64,000 bases of DNA, from assembly GCA_963836075.1 (NCBI GenBank), contig CAWIIB010000009.1, positions 1,376,001-1,440,000 of the forward strand, written 5' to 3'. Below are positions 44,103 through 56,478 of the stretch, piece by piece (position 1 is the stretch's first letter; every line of letters begins with the position of its first letter). The translations under genes were made by a program, and so were the position numbers. The DNA is from an uncultured Acidobacteriota bacterium. GTDB taxonomy: Bacteria; Acidobacteriota; JAQAZP01. Below the pieces are notes generated by a model. It was not told the origin of the DNA, did no database searches, and was given only the letters and a program-made list of their open reading frames with translations.

Positions 44103-44123
44103 ATATAACATATATTGTTATAT
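44103..44123. promoter_or_regulatory. Palindromic operator between -35 and -10 of the HTH operon
   Basis: ATATAACA-5 nt-TGTTATAT overlapping minus-strand TTGACG..TATATT. Confidence 0.7.
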
Positions 44124-44421
44124 CGTCAAGCATGAGCAGATGGAATGTGGAGAAAGGACCAGGACCTCAACTCACGTGGATCGATTGGGGGTTCCGGGTA
44201 TAGCTCCGGAAGCTGTGGCCGGGATTCGGGGAGTGGTGTGTACGGATAATGGGTTTTGACCGGTTGGTGGTGCAGAATCAACGCTCATTGATGGACCGGA
44301 GGCCGCAGACGAACTCTCCGGCATCGATACGGAGTTTGCACACATTTTCAAAGGCATTCGGTGAGATCGGGCCTTGAAACGGCTTGGAAAAATTGACACC
44401 TCTACAGGAAATCACTACTCT

Positions 44422-44847
44422 TTACTTATTCTCTAGTGCTGCTGCCTTTATCTGTTTTCTTATCTGTTCCATCCCAGGGATGTACCAAGCATATTCACCA
44501 TCTAAAACCTGTGCTTCTATGGGACTCATGGTTCTTGGAAGGCTGTGTTGATCCACATAGGTGGGTTCAAATCCAAGTCTTACATAATGTTTCAAAACCT
44601 CAATTATTCCAGCTATTTTATCATGGTACCTTACCATACACTCTTCAACAGTCTCATCACCTGAAGTATTATAGAATCTCGTCTCAAAGAATTTAGTATG
44701 GTCAAGGGGATCAAGAAGAGTCTTTATAGTTGTTGTTCGCGGACCATTAGCACTTAGGGGCTCACAAGCTTCTTGACTTGCATCCTCTGCATAAACCGCT
44801 GCACCTACACTAAGTACCAGTGCAAGCATCGCTTTTGAGTTTTTCAT
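44422..44847 (-). CDS. AT-rich secreted hypothetical protein
   Basis: Signal peptide MKNSKAMLALVLSVGAAVYA; strongly AT-biased codons. Confidence 0.65.
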   Translation of the reverse strand: MKNSKAMLALVLSVGAAVYAEDASQEACEPLSANGPRTTTIKTLLDPLDHTKFFETRFYNTSGDETVEECMVRYHDKIAGIIEVLKHYVRLGFEPTYVDQHSLPRTMSPIEAQVLDGEYAWYIPGMEQIRKQIKAAALENK

Positions 44848-44854
44848 ATATCTA

Positions 44855-46019
44855 GTGCTCTGTTCGAAAAGTAGACTTGTACTTTAAGAACCAATATTTT
44901 ACATACATTCACATGGTTAAACCAACCTTCAAAGGAGGGGGATTTCCATGTGCCTGTATGTCCGGGATCTTACATTCTCCGAGTCCAGCACGCTTTCCTC
45001 ATGGCTCAAGCGTTCAAAGAGCGCGACCAGGATGCGCCGCGGGCAGATTATTGCGTTCAGCTCTCAAGGGATGCGCGTCCAAGAGATCGCTATTCATCTC
45101 AGGATGCACGAGGAGTACATCAGGGAACTGATTCGCCGATTCAACGACGAAGGTTTCGATGCCATCAAGCCGCGTCGGCGGACCGGCCGGCCGGAAGTAC
45201 TGACCGAGGAGGATCGGTCCGTCATTGTCGAGATTGCGACGGCTCCTCCGCAGGCGTTTGGTCAGCCGTTCAACCAATGGTCTCTGCGCAAACTGCAGAA
45301 GTTCCTCGTACACGACACCAAAATGATTCCGCCGGTCAGCCATACAACGATTCGCTCCGTCCTCAAGAAAGAGAAGGTATCGTATCAACGAACACGGATT
45401 TGGAAGGAGTCCAACGATCCGGAGTTCGCCGCTAAAAAAAACGCATCTCGGCGCTCTACCGGAAAGCGCCGAAAGGGGCATCGGTGATCTGTTTTGACGA
45501 GTTCGGCCCGATCGAGGTTCGGCCACAGGCCGGATCGTCCTGGGCTCGTCAGCGAAAGCCGGTTCGTCATCGAGCGACTTACAGACGCCTTCACGGTGTC
45601 CGTCACTACTTGGCAGCGTACGATGTCCATGCAGACAAGCTCTGGATGCACCAGAAGAAACGAAAACGATGGAATGAAACGCTTGCCTTTTTCAAGTCCA
45701 TCCGAAATCGATATGACGATGGACGAAAGATCTTCATCGTTCTGGACAACTTCTCACCGCACAAAAAAGAGGAGGTTGTCGATTACTGCGATGACAACAA
45801 CATCACCCTGGTCTTCACCGCGACCAATGCTTCTTGGATGAACAGGATCGAATGTCACTTCACACCGATAAAACACTTCGTGATCAACAACAGCGAATAT
45901 GCCAATCACGATGAAATAGCAAAAGCTTTGCGAGAATACGTCCGTTGGCGGAACAAGAACGTAAAAGATAAAAAGCTGTTAGAACGGCAAAACTCAAACA
46001 GAGTTCTTTAACAAAGCAC
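44855..46019 (+). mobile_element. IS630-family insertion sequence
   Basis: Terminal IRs GTGCTCTGTT / AACAAAGCAC, CTAG target with TA duplication (44853-54, 46020-21). Confidence 0.9.
44948..46011 (+). CDS. IS630 transposase, two ORFs joined by probable -1 slippage at the A8 run (~45434)
   Basis: HTH..WSLRKL..DPEF..KK, then FDE, VLDN.S.H, SWMNRIE. Confidence 0.9.
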
Positions 46020-46196
46020 TAGAAATCCTCCATTATTTATAAATTTTTGGTATTGTGGGCACTCTAAAGAAAAAACAAATTAAAATGGTGGTTTAAACCA
46101 AAATATACCTGCTGAGCCTAGTCTATCAGATCCCACCACCAGCCGGTACCTTCACCATGATCCGCTGAACAAGCCCGACCATGCACATGACACTCC

Positions 46197-46430
46197 CAAC
46201 CCGCAACCTCCACTGCCATGCCCTGGCCACCAAAGGCGCCTTCGACAGGGACGGCCTGTTCCAACTGATGCCCTTCGACAAGCAGGGGGACATCGTGGTG
46301 CTGGAGCGGCTGTTCGCCCGGCGGGTGCTCGACCTGATGGTGAGGCGCAAGCGGCTGAGCTTTCGGCTTCAGGACGAGATGCTGAGCTGGGAGCATAGAG
46401 GGTTCTCGGTGGATGGCAAGACGCGAGCAA
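46197..46430 (+). pseudogene. IS91-like (Y2/HUH) transposase fragment
   Basis: NLHCHALATKGAF..LERLF..VL..MLSWEHRGFSVD resembles Y2_Tnp proteins. Confidence 0.65.
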
Positions 46431-46477
46431 GATGCCACGGGTGGCAAGCCCCCTCACGGAAATCCTCACCCGGACAT

Positions 46478-46512
46478 AAAAAACCCCGCCAGGCTCACAC
46501 CTGACGGGGTTT
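46478..46512 (-). terminator. pnp intrinsic terminator
   Basis: Minus strand AAACCCCGTCAGG..CCTGGCGGGGTTTTTT. Confidence 0.85.
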
Positions 46513-46536
46513 CTCATTCAGCGTTGATTTCGCCGA

Positions 46537-48915
<2,379 letters not shown>

Positions 48916-49160
48916 TTTTCCTCCAGGAGCAACCCATCGCTACCACGTGCCGGAGATCGTTTTCCGGTGATTACAAAAAATAAGGGCAGCGAGTCTGTTC
49001 TTTATAAAATGGTGCCGTGCGGCCATTCGCAGGAAACCGCACGAATCGAATTCTTCTCCGGGAGGCGGGCGCAACAATGCAGACCCGTTCTCTTGGAACA
49101 GAATAATCGAAAGGGCAACCAGGGAACGATGGGTGGCTGTTCACGATTCAGAATGTGGAG

Positions 49161-49430
49161 TTACTTGCGGATGCCCAGTTTCTTGATCAGGGTCCGGTAT
49201 CTCTCGACATTCTTTTCCTTCAGATAGTTGAGCAGTCGACGTCTCTGGCCGACCAGCTTCAGCAGGCCGCGGCGGGAGTGGTGATCTTTGCCGTGAGTCT
49301 TGAAATGGTCAGTCAGATGATTGATTCTTTCGCTCAGGATTGCAATCTGGACCTCCGGGGAGCCGGTGTCCGTTCCATGCGTCTGGTGCGTGCCGATAAC
49401 CTTGGTCTTTACTGTTTTTGCCAGGGGCAC
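49161..49430 (-). CDS. rpsO: 30S ribosomal protein S15
   Basis: [30 protein letters not shown]. Confidence 0.99.
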   Translation of the reverse strand: MPLAKTVKTKVIGTHQTHGTDTGSPEVQIAILSERINHLTDHFKTHGKDHHSRRGLLKLVGQRRRLLNYLKEKNVERYRTLIKKLGIRK

Positions 49431-49470
49431 TGTCCTAACCTCCTTTCAACCCAAAAAGTAGTTGTCCAAT

Positions 49471-49501
49471 AAAAAAACCGCTCCACCATGAGGATGGAGC
49501 G
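49471..49501 (-). terminator. Hairpin plus U-tract between truB and rpsO (terminator or leader)
   Basis: CGCTCCATC..GGTGGAGCGGTTTTTTT on the minus strand. Confidence 0.6.
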
Positions 49502-49568
49502 CCTCATTATACGAAGTGGATTTAATAGCATATCCGGGGTGGTTTGTAAAGGGTTAATTTTTCGCCAG

Positions 49569-50492
49569 TTAGTCCAAATCCCGGGCCAGCACCACCACCG
49601 GTTGGGCCTGCGCCGGGGGGCCGGCCTCCAGCCGGGCCACGGCGGCGAGGCTGCCGTCCTGGCGGTGGAGGCAGATATACCGCTCCCTGTCCTCTGTTCC
49701 GGGCTCCGGGGCGCTGCCTCCGGGCAACGGGACGGCCCCTCCGTGTTCCACCAGGGCCGCGGCTTCGGGACCCAGGGTCAACCGGGGCAGGCCCAGATCC
49801 ACCGCTTCCATGGGGATTATCCGACCGAGGAGTTTCTCCCGGGCGCCCTGGTCCTCAAGCTCCGCCTGGGGCACGGCCTGGTCCAGGGAAAATGGTTGTG
49901 CCGCGGTGCGCCGCAACTCCTCCAGCAGTGCTCCACAGCCCAGCGCCTCGCCCAGGTCGTGGACCAGTGACCGGATGTAGGTCCCGGGGCTGCAGCGCAC
50001 CCGGAAGAAGACCAGGGGCAGGGCAAGGGCGGTGAGCTCAAAGCAGTGGATGGTTACCTTCCGCGGTTTCCGCTCCACCTCGATCCCCTGGCGGGCCAGG
50101 CGGTAGAGCCGCTGCCCGTCCACCTGCACGGCCGAATACATTGGCGGCACCTGGTGGATCTCACCGCTGAGCTTCCCGATGAGCGGGGCCAGCGCATCCG
50201 CATCCAGCCCCGGCGGGACCGCCTGCTCCGCGAGGATCGTGCCGGTGCGGTCCAGCGTGTCGCTGGTGGCTCCCAGGCGAATAACGCCTTCGTAGGACTT
50301 TTCACCACCGGAGAGAAAACGGGCCAGGCGGGTGGCTTTCCCCAGGCAGACGGGCAGAACGCCGGTGGCGAAGGGATCGAGGGTGCCCAGGTGGCCGGCC
50401 TTCCGTTCCCCGAGGGCGCGCCGGGCCAGATCCACCACCCGGCGGGAGGTGGGCCCCCCCTGCTTGTCCACCACCAGGATTCCGCTGATCAT
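49569..50492 (-). CDS. truB: tRNA pseudouridine(55) synthase
   Basis: KAGHLGTLDPFATGVL, QVPPMYSA, GTYIRSL; ATGA-coupled start at 50492. Confidence 0.97.
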   Translation of the reverse strand: MISGILVVDKQGGPTSRRVVDLARRALGERKAGHLGTLDPFATGVLPVCLGKATRLARFLSGGEKSYEGVIRLGATSDTLDRTGTILAEQAVPPGLDADALAPLIGKLSGEIHQVPPMYSAVQVDGQRLYRLARQGIEVERKPRKVTIHCFELTALALPLVFFRVRCSPGTYIRSLVHDLGEALGCGALLEELRRTAAQPFSLDQAVPQAELEDQGAREKLLGRIIPMEAVDLGLPRLTLGPEAAALVEHGGAVPLPGGSAPEPGTEDRERYICLHRQDGSLAAVARLEAGPPAQAQPVVVLARDLD

Positions 50493-51487
50493 CCGTTCCC
50501 GTCTCCATCGAGGGTGGAGAAGGCGTCCCGGATCGCGCCGCTCACTGCGGCCACCGCGGCGCTCAAGGGGCCGGCGGTGGAGAGCCCGGCGGCCCGGACG
50601 TGGCCGCCGCCGCCAAAGGCCGCGGCCACCTGAGCCACGTCCACCAACCGCTTGGAACGGAGGGACACGCGGTACGAGCCGTCCTCCTGCTCGCGGAACA
50701 GGGCGGCCACCTCCAGCTTCCCGATACTCCGGGGCAGGCTGACCAACCCCTCCACGTCTTCGGGGGCTGCGCCCGTTTCCCGCAGGTCCTGCTGGCTCAC
50801 CGCCACCCAGCCCAACGGGGAATCGGGATCGATGGTCAGGGTGGAGAGCACCCGGCCGGTCAGCCGCAGCCGGGCCGCCGAGTGGTTCTCGAAGATGTTG
50901 CCCGCCACCTCGGCTGGTTTGACGCCCAGGCCCACCAGGTCGCCACAGATGGTCAGGGCTTCCCGGCTGGTGTTGGAAAAGCGGAAACTGCCGGTATCGG
51001 TGAGGATGGCGGTGTAGAGGTTCACCGCCACGTCCAGGGGCAGGGGATCGCCGCCGCACAGCTGCCGGGCCACGTGGTAGACCATCTCTCCCACCGAGGA
51101 GAAGCTGGGATCGACCCAGTTCAACCGGCCGTAGTGGTCGTTCTGCTGGTGGTGGTCGATGTTGACCACCACGTCCCCACTGATCCCGCTGATGCCTGTC
51201 CGCAGGAGGTTGCCGCACTCCAGGGCCACCACCAGCGGGAAATGCTCCGGGCAGGAATCCACCACCCGGATGCGCTCGCTGCCCGGGAGCCAGGCGTAGC
51301 GCGGAGGCACCGGTCCCGACCCCAGCAGGGTCACCTCCCCGGCATGGGGCTCGAGGAGCCGGCCCAGGGCCAGCTGGGTGCCGATGGAATCGCCGTCGGG
51401 ACTTTGGTGGCTCACCACCAGCACTTTGCCCACCCCGCGCATCAGGGCAGCGGCTTCACCGGCAATCCTGGCCGTCCGGTCTTCCAC
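50489..51487 (-). CDS. nrnA: DHH/DHHA1 oligoribonuclease / pAp phosphatase
   Basis: H.SPDGD, NIDHH, TDTGSF, GGGGH..AAG. Confidence 0.92.
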   Translation of the reverse strand: MEDRTARIAGEAAALMRGVGKVLVVSHQSPDGDSIGTQLALGRLLEPHAGEVTLLGSGPVPPRYAWLPGSERIRVVDSCPEHFPLVVALECGNLLRTGISGISGDVVVNIDHHQQNDHYGRLNWVDPSFSSVGEMVYHVARQLCGGDPLPLDVAVNLYTAILTDTGSFRFSNTSREALTICGDLVGLGVKPAEVAGNIFENHSAARLRLTGRVLSTLTIDPDSPLGWVAVSQQDLRETGAAPEDVEGLVSLPRSIGKLEVAALFREQEDGSYRVSLRSKRLVDVAQVAAAFGGGGHVRAAGLSTAGPLSAAVAAVSGAIRDAFSTLDGDGNG

Positions 51488-51889
51488 CTACTCCACCTCC
51501 CGCGGCTCGTCCGGGTCCTCCCCGCCCTCTTCCTCCTCTTCCGCCGGCGGGATATCCAGCTCCCGGAGACGCGATTCGATGTGCGCGCCAAAGGCCAGCG
51601 ACTCGTCGAAGTGGAAGGCCAGTTCGGGACAGTATTTCAGGTCGAGGGTGCGGCCGATCTCGCCGCGGATCAGCCCGGTGGCGCTGCGCAGGCCGGCCAG
51701 GGCCGAGTCGATGCGCTCCTGGTCGCCGATGGTGCTGAAGAAGACCCTGGCGTGCCGCAGGTCGGGGCTCATTTTTACCCCGGTGATGGTGAGGAACCCC
51801 ACCCGCGGGTCCTTGAGCTTGCGCAGGAGGATCATGCTGATTTCGGCCTGGATCAGGTCGGCCACTTTCTGTTGTCGTCTGGTTCCCAT
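51488..51889 (-). CDS. rbfA: Ribosome-binding factor A
   Basis: LKDPRVG..SPDLRHA..PELAF..DES. Confidence 0.97.
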   Translation of the reverse strand: MGTRRQQKVADLIQAEISMILLRKLKDPRVGFLTITGVKMSPDLRHARVFFSTIGDQERIDSALAGLRSATGLIRGEIGRTLDLKYCPELAFHFDESLAFGAHIESRLRELDIPPAEEEEEGGEDPDEPREVE

Positions 51890-51904
51890 GAGTTCAGTGC
51901 CTTG

Positions 51905-52186
51905 TTACAGGAATTCCACCCCGAAATCGAGCAGCTGGGCGTCCGGCGACCGTTCCGCCATCCGCAGCACCGCCTGAAAGGTGGAGTCCAGAATTGCCTT
52001 GTCGGTGGACACCGAGGTGAGACCGATCCGGGCCCGTTTCCACACGTCCTGGAACTCCACCTCGGCCACGGCCACGTTGTGCTTGTTGCGCAGCTTTTCC
52101 TTGATACTGCGCAGAAACATCCGTTTCTGCTTCAGGGATGAGCAGCCGGGTAGGAAAAAATCGAGCGTGCAGACACCAATGATCAT
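51905..52186 (-). CDS. DUF503 (YlxP) family protein
   Basis: SLKQKR..NVAVAEV..QD.W; typical position between infB and rbfA. Confidence 0.9.
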   Translation of the reverse strand: MIIGVCTLDFFLPGCSSLKQKRMFLRSIKEKLRNKHNVAVAEVEFQDVWKRARIGLTSVSTDKAILDSTFQAVLRMAERSPDAQLLDFGVEFL

Positions 52187-52243
52187 GGCCGGGCTCCCCA
52201 GGGGCCAGTCCCGGCCGGAGGCGCCATCGGGGGCGCCCCCCGC

Positions 52244-54841
52244 CTACAACTGGGGCTGGATCCTCTCCAGGGTAAAGACCTGGATCACGTCACCGATTTT
52301 GATGTCGTTGTAGTTCTCGATGCCGATACCGCACTCGAAACCTGCCTTGACCTCGGTGGCGTCGTCTTTGAACCGCTTCAGCGAACTGATTTTACCCTCG
52401 TGGATCACCACGTTGTCCCGCAGCAGGCGGATGCTGTTCTTCCGCTGCACCACACCGTCGGAGACGAAGCAGCCGGCGATGGTGCCCGCCTTGGGGACGC
52501 GGAAGGTGTCGCGCACCTCCACGTGGCCGAGGACCTTCTCCTTGTATTCCGGGTCGAGCAGGCCGGCCATGGCCTGGTGGATCTCCTCGGTGACCTTGTA
52601 GACCACGTTGTGCAGGCGGATGTCCACGTTCTCCCGCTCGGCCAGATCCGTGGCACCCCGTTCGGGACGCACGTTGAAGCCGATGATGATGGCGTTGGAG
52701 GCGGTGGCCAGCAGCACGTCGTTCTCGGTGACCGCGCCCACACCGGAATGGATGGTGCGGGTCTTGATCTCCTTTGCTTCCAGTTTGGACAGCGCGTCGT
52801 GGAGCACTTCCACCGAGCCCTGCACGTCGGCCTTGATGATCACCGGCAGTTCCTTCACCACACCGGTTTCGATCTGCTGGAAGAGCTGGTCCAGGGTCAG
52901 CCGCGGAGTGTCACCGGCCAGCGCGCTGGCCCGCATCCTCGATTTGCGGAAGGTGGCGATCTTGTTCGCCTTGACCACATCCTCCACCACCTGGAAGGAG
53001 TCCCCGGCATCGGGAACTCCCTGCAGGCCGATGATCTGCACCGGGTGGGAGGGCGGCACCACCTCCACCTTGTTGCCCTGGTCGTCGAACATGGCTCGGA
53101 CCTTGCCCTGGTAGGCGCCGGCGATACAGTGGTCGCCCACCTTCACCGAACCGTCCTGCACCAGAACAGTGGCCACCGGGCCGCGGCCTCGGTCGAGATT
53201 CGCTTCCAGCACCACGCCGGTGCCCGAGCGGTCTTCACTGGCCTTGTGCTCGGTCATTTCGGTGACCAGCAGGATCATCTCCAGCAGGTCACTGATTCCG
53301 GTGCCCTGCTTGGCCGAGATGTCCACCGTCACCGTGTCGCCGCCGAGGTCCTCGGTGAGGATCTCGTGCGCCATCAGCTGCTGTTTGACCTGCATCGGGT
53401 TGGTGCCCGGCTTGTCGATCTTGTTCACCGCCACCAGGATCGGCACTCCGGCCGCCTTGGCGTGGTTGATCGCCTCGATGGTCTGGGGCATCACGCCGTC
53501 GTCGGCGGCCACCACCAGGATCACCAGGTCGGTGACATCGGCGCCGCGGGCGCGCATTCTGGTGAACGCCTCGTGGCCCGGGGTGTCGAGGAAGATCACC
53601 GCCTTGTCACCCACCGGCACGTGATAGGCGCCGATGTGCTGGGTGATGCCGCCGGCCTCGCCACCGATGACGTTTGTCTTGCGGATGGCGTCGAGCAGTG
53701 AGGTCTTGCCGTGATCGACATGACCCATCACGGTGACCACCGGGTGACGAACGATACTCGTCACCGTTTCGGTCTCCTTTTTCAGCGACTCCATCATCAG
53801 GTCTTCCTCGAAGGAGACCACCTCGGCCGATACCCCGAAGCTTTCGGCGATCTGCACCGCCACCTCGGGATCGATGGACTGGTTGAGAGAGACCATCAGC
53901 CCCTGCTGCATCAGCTTCTGCATCACGTCCTTGAGCCGGATCCCCATCTTGGTGGCCAGTTCCTTGACGTTTACCGCTTCGGTGATGCTGATTTCGCTTA
54001 CCGTGGGCGCGGTTGGGGCGGCGGCCCGAGGCTTCATCGGTGCCATCTCCTGGGGGGAGAGGCGCCGGCGCCGCTTGTCTTTTACCCGTCGCCGCCGGGA
54101 ACCTGGCTGGCCGACGGGTTGGGGCCGTCCGCCGCGGCCATACATACCGCCGCCGGACTGGGGCCGCCCGCCGCCGGACTGGGGCCGCCCGCCGCCGGAC
54201 TGGGGCCGCCCGCCGCCGGACTGGGGCCGCCCGCCGCCGGACTGGGGCCGCCCGCCGCCGGACTGGGGCCGCCCGCCGCCGGACTGGGGCCGCCCGCCGC
54301 CGGACTGGGGCCGCCCGCCGCCGGACTGGGGCCGCCCGCCACCGGACTGGGGCCGTCCACCGCGGGCCGGCGGTCCGGCCGGCGGCCGTGCTGCGGGGGG
54401 CTGAGAGCGACGTTCCGGCGGTTTTGGCGCCGGAGGTCTGGTCTCGGCTGCCGCCGCGGGTTTGGCCGGAGACTCGTCAGCGGTTTTGGGAGCAACAACG
54501 GCCTTTTGCGGCTGTTCCTTCTCCGCTTCCGCATCGTCTTTCTTCTTTTCCGTGGCTTTTTTGGCGGCCGGGGCTTTCTTCGCCGATGCGGCCTTTTTCT
54601 TTGCCGGGGCCTTTTTCTTTGCCGGGGCCTTTTTCTTTGCCGCGGTTTTTGCCACGGCCGTATCGTCCTTCTTGCTCTCGGTCTTTCCCTTCAAACTGGA
54701 GATCACCTTTGCCGCGGTCTCATCGTCGAGACTTTTCATCTGGGACTTGACTTCGATCCCCATTCCGCGCAGCTGCTGCATAATCTCCTTGGAAGTGAGA
54801 CCGTTTTCCCTGGCAATTATGTATATTCGTTTATTTGCCAT
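52244..54841 (-). CDS. infB: Translation initiation factor IF-2
   Basis: GHVDHGKT, GGITQHIG, DTPGH, NKID, GFECGI. Confidence 0.99.
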   Translation of the reverse strand: MANKRIYIIARENGLTSKEIMQQLRGMGIEVKSQMKSLDDETAAKVISSLKGKTESKKDDTAVAKTAAKKKAPAKKKAPAKKKAASAKKAPAAKKATEKKKDDAEAEKEQPQKAVVAPKTADESPAKPAAAAETRPPAPKPPERRSQPPAARPPAGPPARGGRPQSGGGRPQSGGGRPQSGGGRPQSGGGRPQSGGGRPQSGGGRPQSGGGRPQSGGGRPQSGGGRPQSGGGMYGRGGRPQPVGQPGSRRRRVKDKRRRRLSPQEMAPMKPRAAAPTAPTVSEISITEAVNVKELATKMGIRLKDVMQKLMQQGLMVSLNQSIDPEVAVQIAESFGVSAEVVSFEEDLMMESLKKETETVTSIVRHPVVTVMGHVDHGKTSLLDAIRKTNVIGGEAGGITQHIGAYHVPVGDKAVIFLDTPGHEAFTRMRARGADVTDLVILVVAADDGVMPQTIEAINHAKAAGVPILVAVNKIDKPGTNPMQVKQQLMAHEILTEDLGGDTVTVDISAKQGTGISDLLEMILLVTEMTEHKASEDRSGTGVVLEANLDRGRGPVATVLVQDGSVKVGDHCIAGAYQGKVRAMFDDQGNKVEVVPPSHPVQIIGLQGVPDAGDSFQVVEDVVKANKIATFRKSRMRASALAGDTPRLTLDQLFQQIETGVVKELPVIIKADVQGSVEVLHDALSKLEAKEIKTRTIHSGVGAVTENDVLLATASNAIIIGFNVRPERGATDLAERENVDIRLHNVVYKVTEEIHQAMAGLLDPEYKEKVLGHVEVRDTFRVPKAGTIAGCFVSDGVVQRKNSIRLLRDNVVIHEGKISSLKRFKDDATEVKAGFECGIGIENYNDIKIGDVIQVFTLERIQPQL
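54147..54358 (-). repeat. 21-bp in-frame tandem repeat (GGGRPQS) x10 inside infB
   Basis: Unit CGCCGCCGGACTGGGGCCGCC, nearly perfect copies. Confidence 0.95.
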
Positions 54842-54919
54842 GGAGTCCCTCCTCAGACATACCCGTTCAGGTCACCCGGTACAATATCTGCGTTAAAAGT
54901 AACTTTCAGTCGTATTCGC

Positions 54920-56437
54920 TCAGAGCTCCCGGTCTTCGTCACCGGGCTCCGTTTCGGTCTCTTCGTCTGCCGTCTCCTGGTCCCCGGTCTCCTCGTCGGA
55001 GGTCTGATCCTCCTTCTCGGCACCGTCGGGGGCAGCCTCCGTATCCTCGGCCCCTGCCTCTTCGACCGTCTCGTCGGATGGAGCGTCGTCCTCGGCCTCT
55101 TCCACCGGATCATCGTCGAAGAATTCCTCGAACTCGGCTTCCTCCTCGGCCAGTTTTTCGGCCAGGAAGAGGTCGACCTGCTCCTGCATGGACTCGTTGG
55201 CGTCGTGGAGAATCTTCTCCGCGGTCTTCGGTCCGATGCCCGGGACCTCCAGGAGGTCCTCGAGGCTCGACGTGCAGACCTGGCCCAGGGTCACGTAGTC
55301 GTGTTCGTTGAGGTTTTCCAGGGTTTTGCCGCTCACCAGCCCCAGTTCCTCCAGTGTGGAACGGCCGATCTTGGCCCGTTCCATCTCCACTTCGACATCG
55401 CGGCGCTTCTCCTCCTCGCTCTTGATATCGATCCGCCAGCCGAGGAGCTTGGCCGCCAGGCGCACGTTCTGGCCCCGTTTGCCGATGGCCAGGGACAACT
55501 GGTCCTCGTTGACCACCACCTCGAGAATCTTCTCCACGTCGTCGAGGATGTGAACCCGGTTGACCTTGGCCGGGTTCAGAGCGTTCATGGCAAAGGTGCT
55601 GGTCTCGGGGGACCACTGCACGATGTCGATCTTCTCCCCGCGAAGCTCGCGGATGATCGACTGGACCCGCACCCCCTTCATCCCCACGCAGGCACCAACC
55701 GGATCGACGTCCGGTTCGCGGGAGATCACCGCCACCTTGGCCCGTTCACCCGGTTCGCGCACCGCTTCCACGATGCTGATGGTGCCGTCGTAGATCTCCG
55801 GCACCTCCATCTCGAACAGGTGCTTGAGCAGGATGGGGCTGGTGCGCGAGACCACCACCTGGGGCCCCTTGGTCAGGCGGTTCACTTCCACGATCACCGC
55901 CCGGATACGGTCGTCCTGGCGGTAGTTTTCGTGCCGCGCCTGTTCTTTTCTCGGACAGACGGCCTCGGTCTTGCCCAGGTCGATGATCAGGTCGCCCTTC
56001 TCAAAGCGTTTGATCAGGCCGGTAACCACCTCGCCGATCCGCTCGGAGTACTCGGTGTAGATGATGTCCCGCTCCGCTTCGCGAACCTTCTGGTAGATCA
56101 CCTGTTTGGCGGCCTGGGCAGCGATGCGGCCCAGGCCCTCGGTGGGCTTGGGGATGTCCACCACTCCGTCCATCTCGACGTTCTCGTCAATTTTCAACGC
56201 TTCATCGAGGGTGATCTCGAGATCGGGATCCTCGACGTTCTCCACGATCGCCTTCCGGGCAAAGACCGACAACTGCCCGGTGGCACGGTCCAGGTGGGAC
56301 ATCAACTCTTCATTGGTGCGGAAGTATTTCTTCGAGGCCATCACGATGGCCTCCTCCAGCGCGGCGATGATGATCTCGGTCTCGATCCCCTTCTCCCGCC
56401 CCACCTGTTCGACTACTTTTAAGAGTTCACCGTTCAT
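54920..56437 (-). CDS. nusA: Transcription termination factor NusA with acidic tail
   Basis: [36 protein letters not shown]. Confidence 0.99.
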   Translation of the reverse strand: MNGELLKVVEQVGREKGIETEIIIAALEEAIVMASKKYFRTNEELMSHLDRATGQLSVFARKAIVENVEDPDLEITLDEALKIDENVEMDGVVDIPKPTEGLGRIAAQAAKQVIYQKVREAERDIIYTEYSERIGEVVTGLIKRFEKGDLIIDLGKTEAVCPRKEQARHENYRQDDRIRAVIVEVNRLTKGPQVVVSRTSPILLKHLFEMEVPEIYDGTISIVEAVREPGERAKVAVISREPDVDPVGACVGMKGVRVQSIIRELRGEKIDIVQWSPETSTFAMNALNPAKVNRVHILDDVEKILEVVVNEDQLSLAIGKRGQNVRLAAKLLGWRIDIKSEEEKRRDVEVEMERAKIGRSTLEELGLVSGKTLENLNEHDYVTLGQVCTSSLEDLLEVPGIGPKTAEKILHDANESMQEQVDLFLAEKLAEEEAEFEEFFDDDPVEEAEDDAPSDETVEEAGAEDTEAAPDGAEKEDQTSDEETGDQETADEETETEPGDEDREL

Positions 56438-56478
56438 GTGCCTTCAGGTCCCACGTTCGCCGACCCGCCGGGTCGGCG

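Larger units (their letters stand above)
42820..46448. mobile_element. Genomic island A between pnp and repeat copy 2
   Basis: Flanked by repeats; carries an HTH-nucleotidyltransferase pair, an AT-rich ORF, IS630 and a Y2 transposase remnant. Confidence 0.7.

Noticed and set aside
54147-54358. Tandem repeat as a CRISPR array
   Set aside because: No spacers, in frame within infB, and no cas genes.
53711-56422. Long plus-strand ORFs antisense to infB/nusA (and similar ones at 13802, 22569, 29357, 47716)
   Set aside because: Shadow ORFs expected opposite high-GC coding genes; no recognisable motifs.
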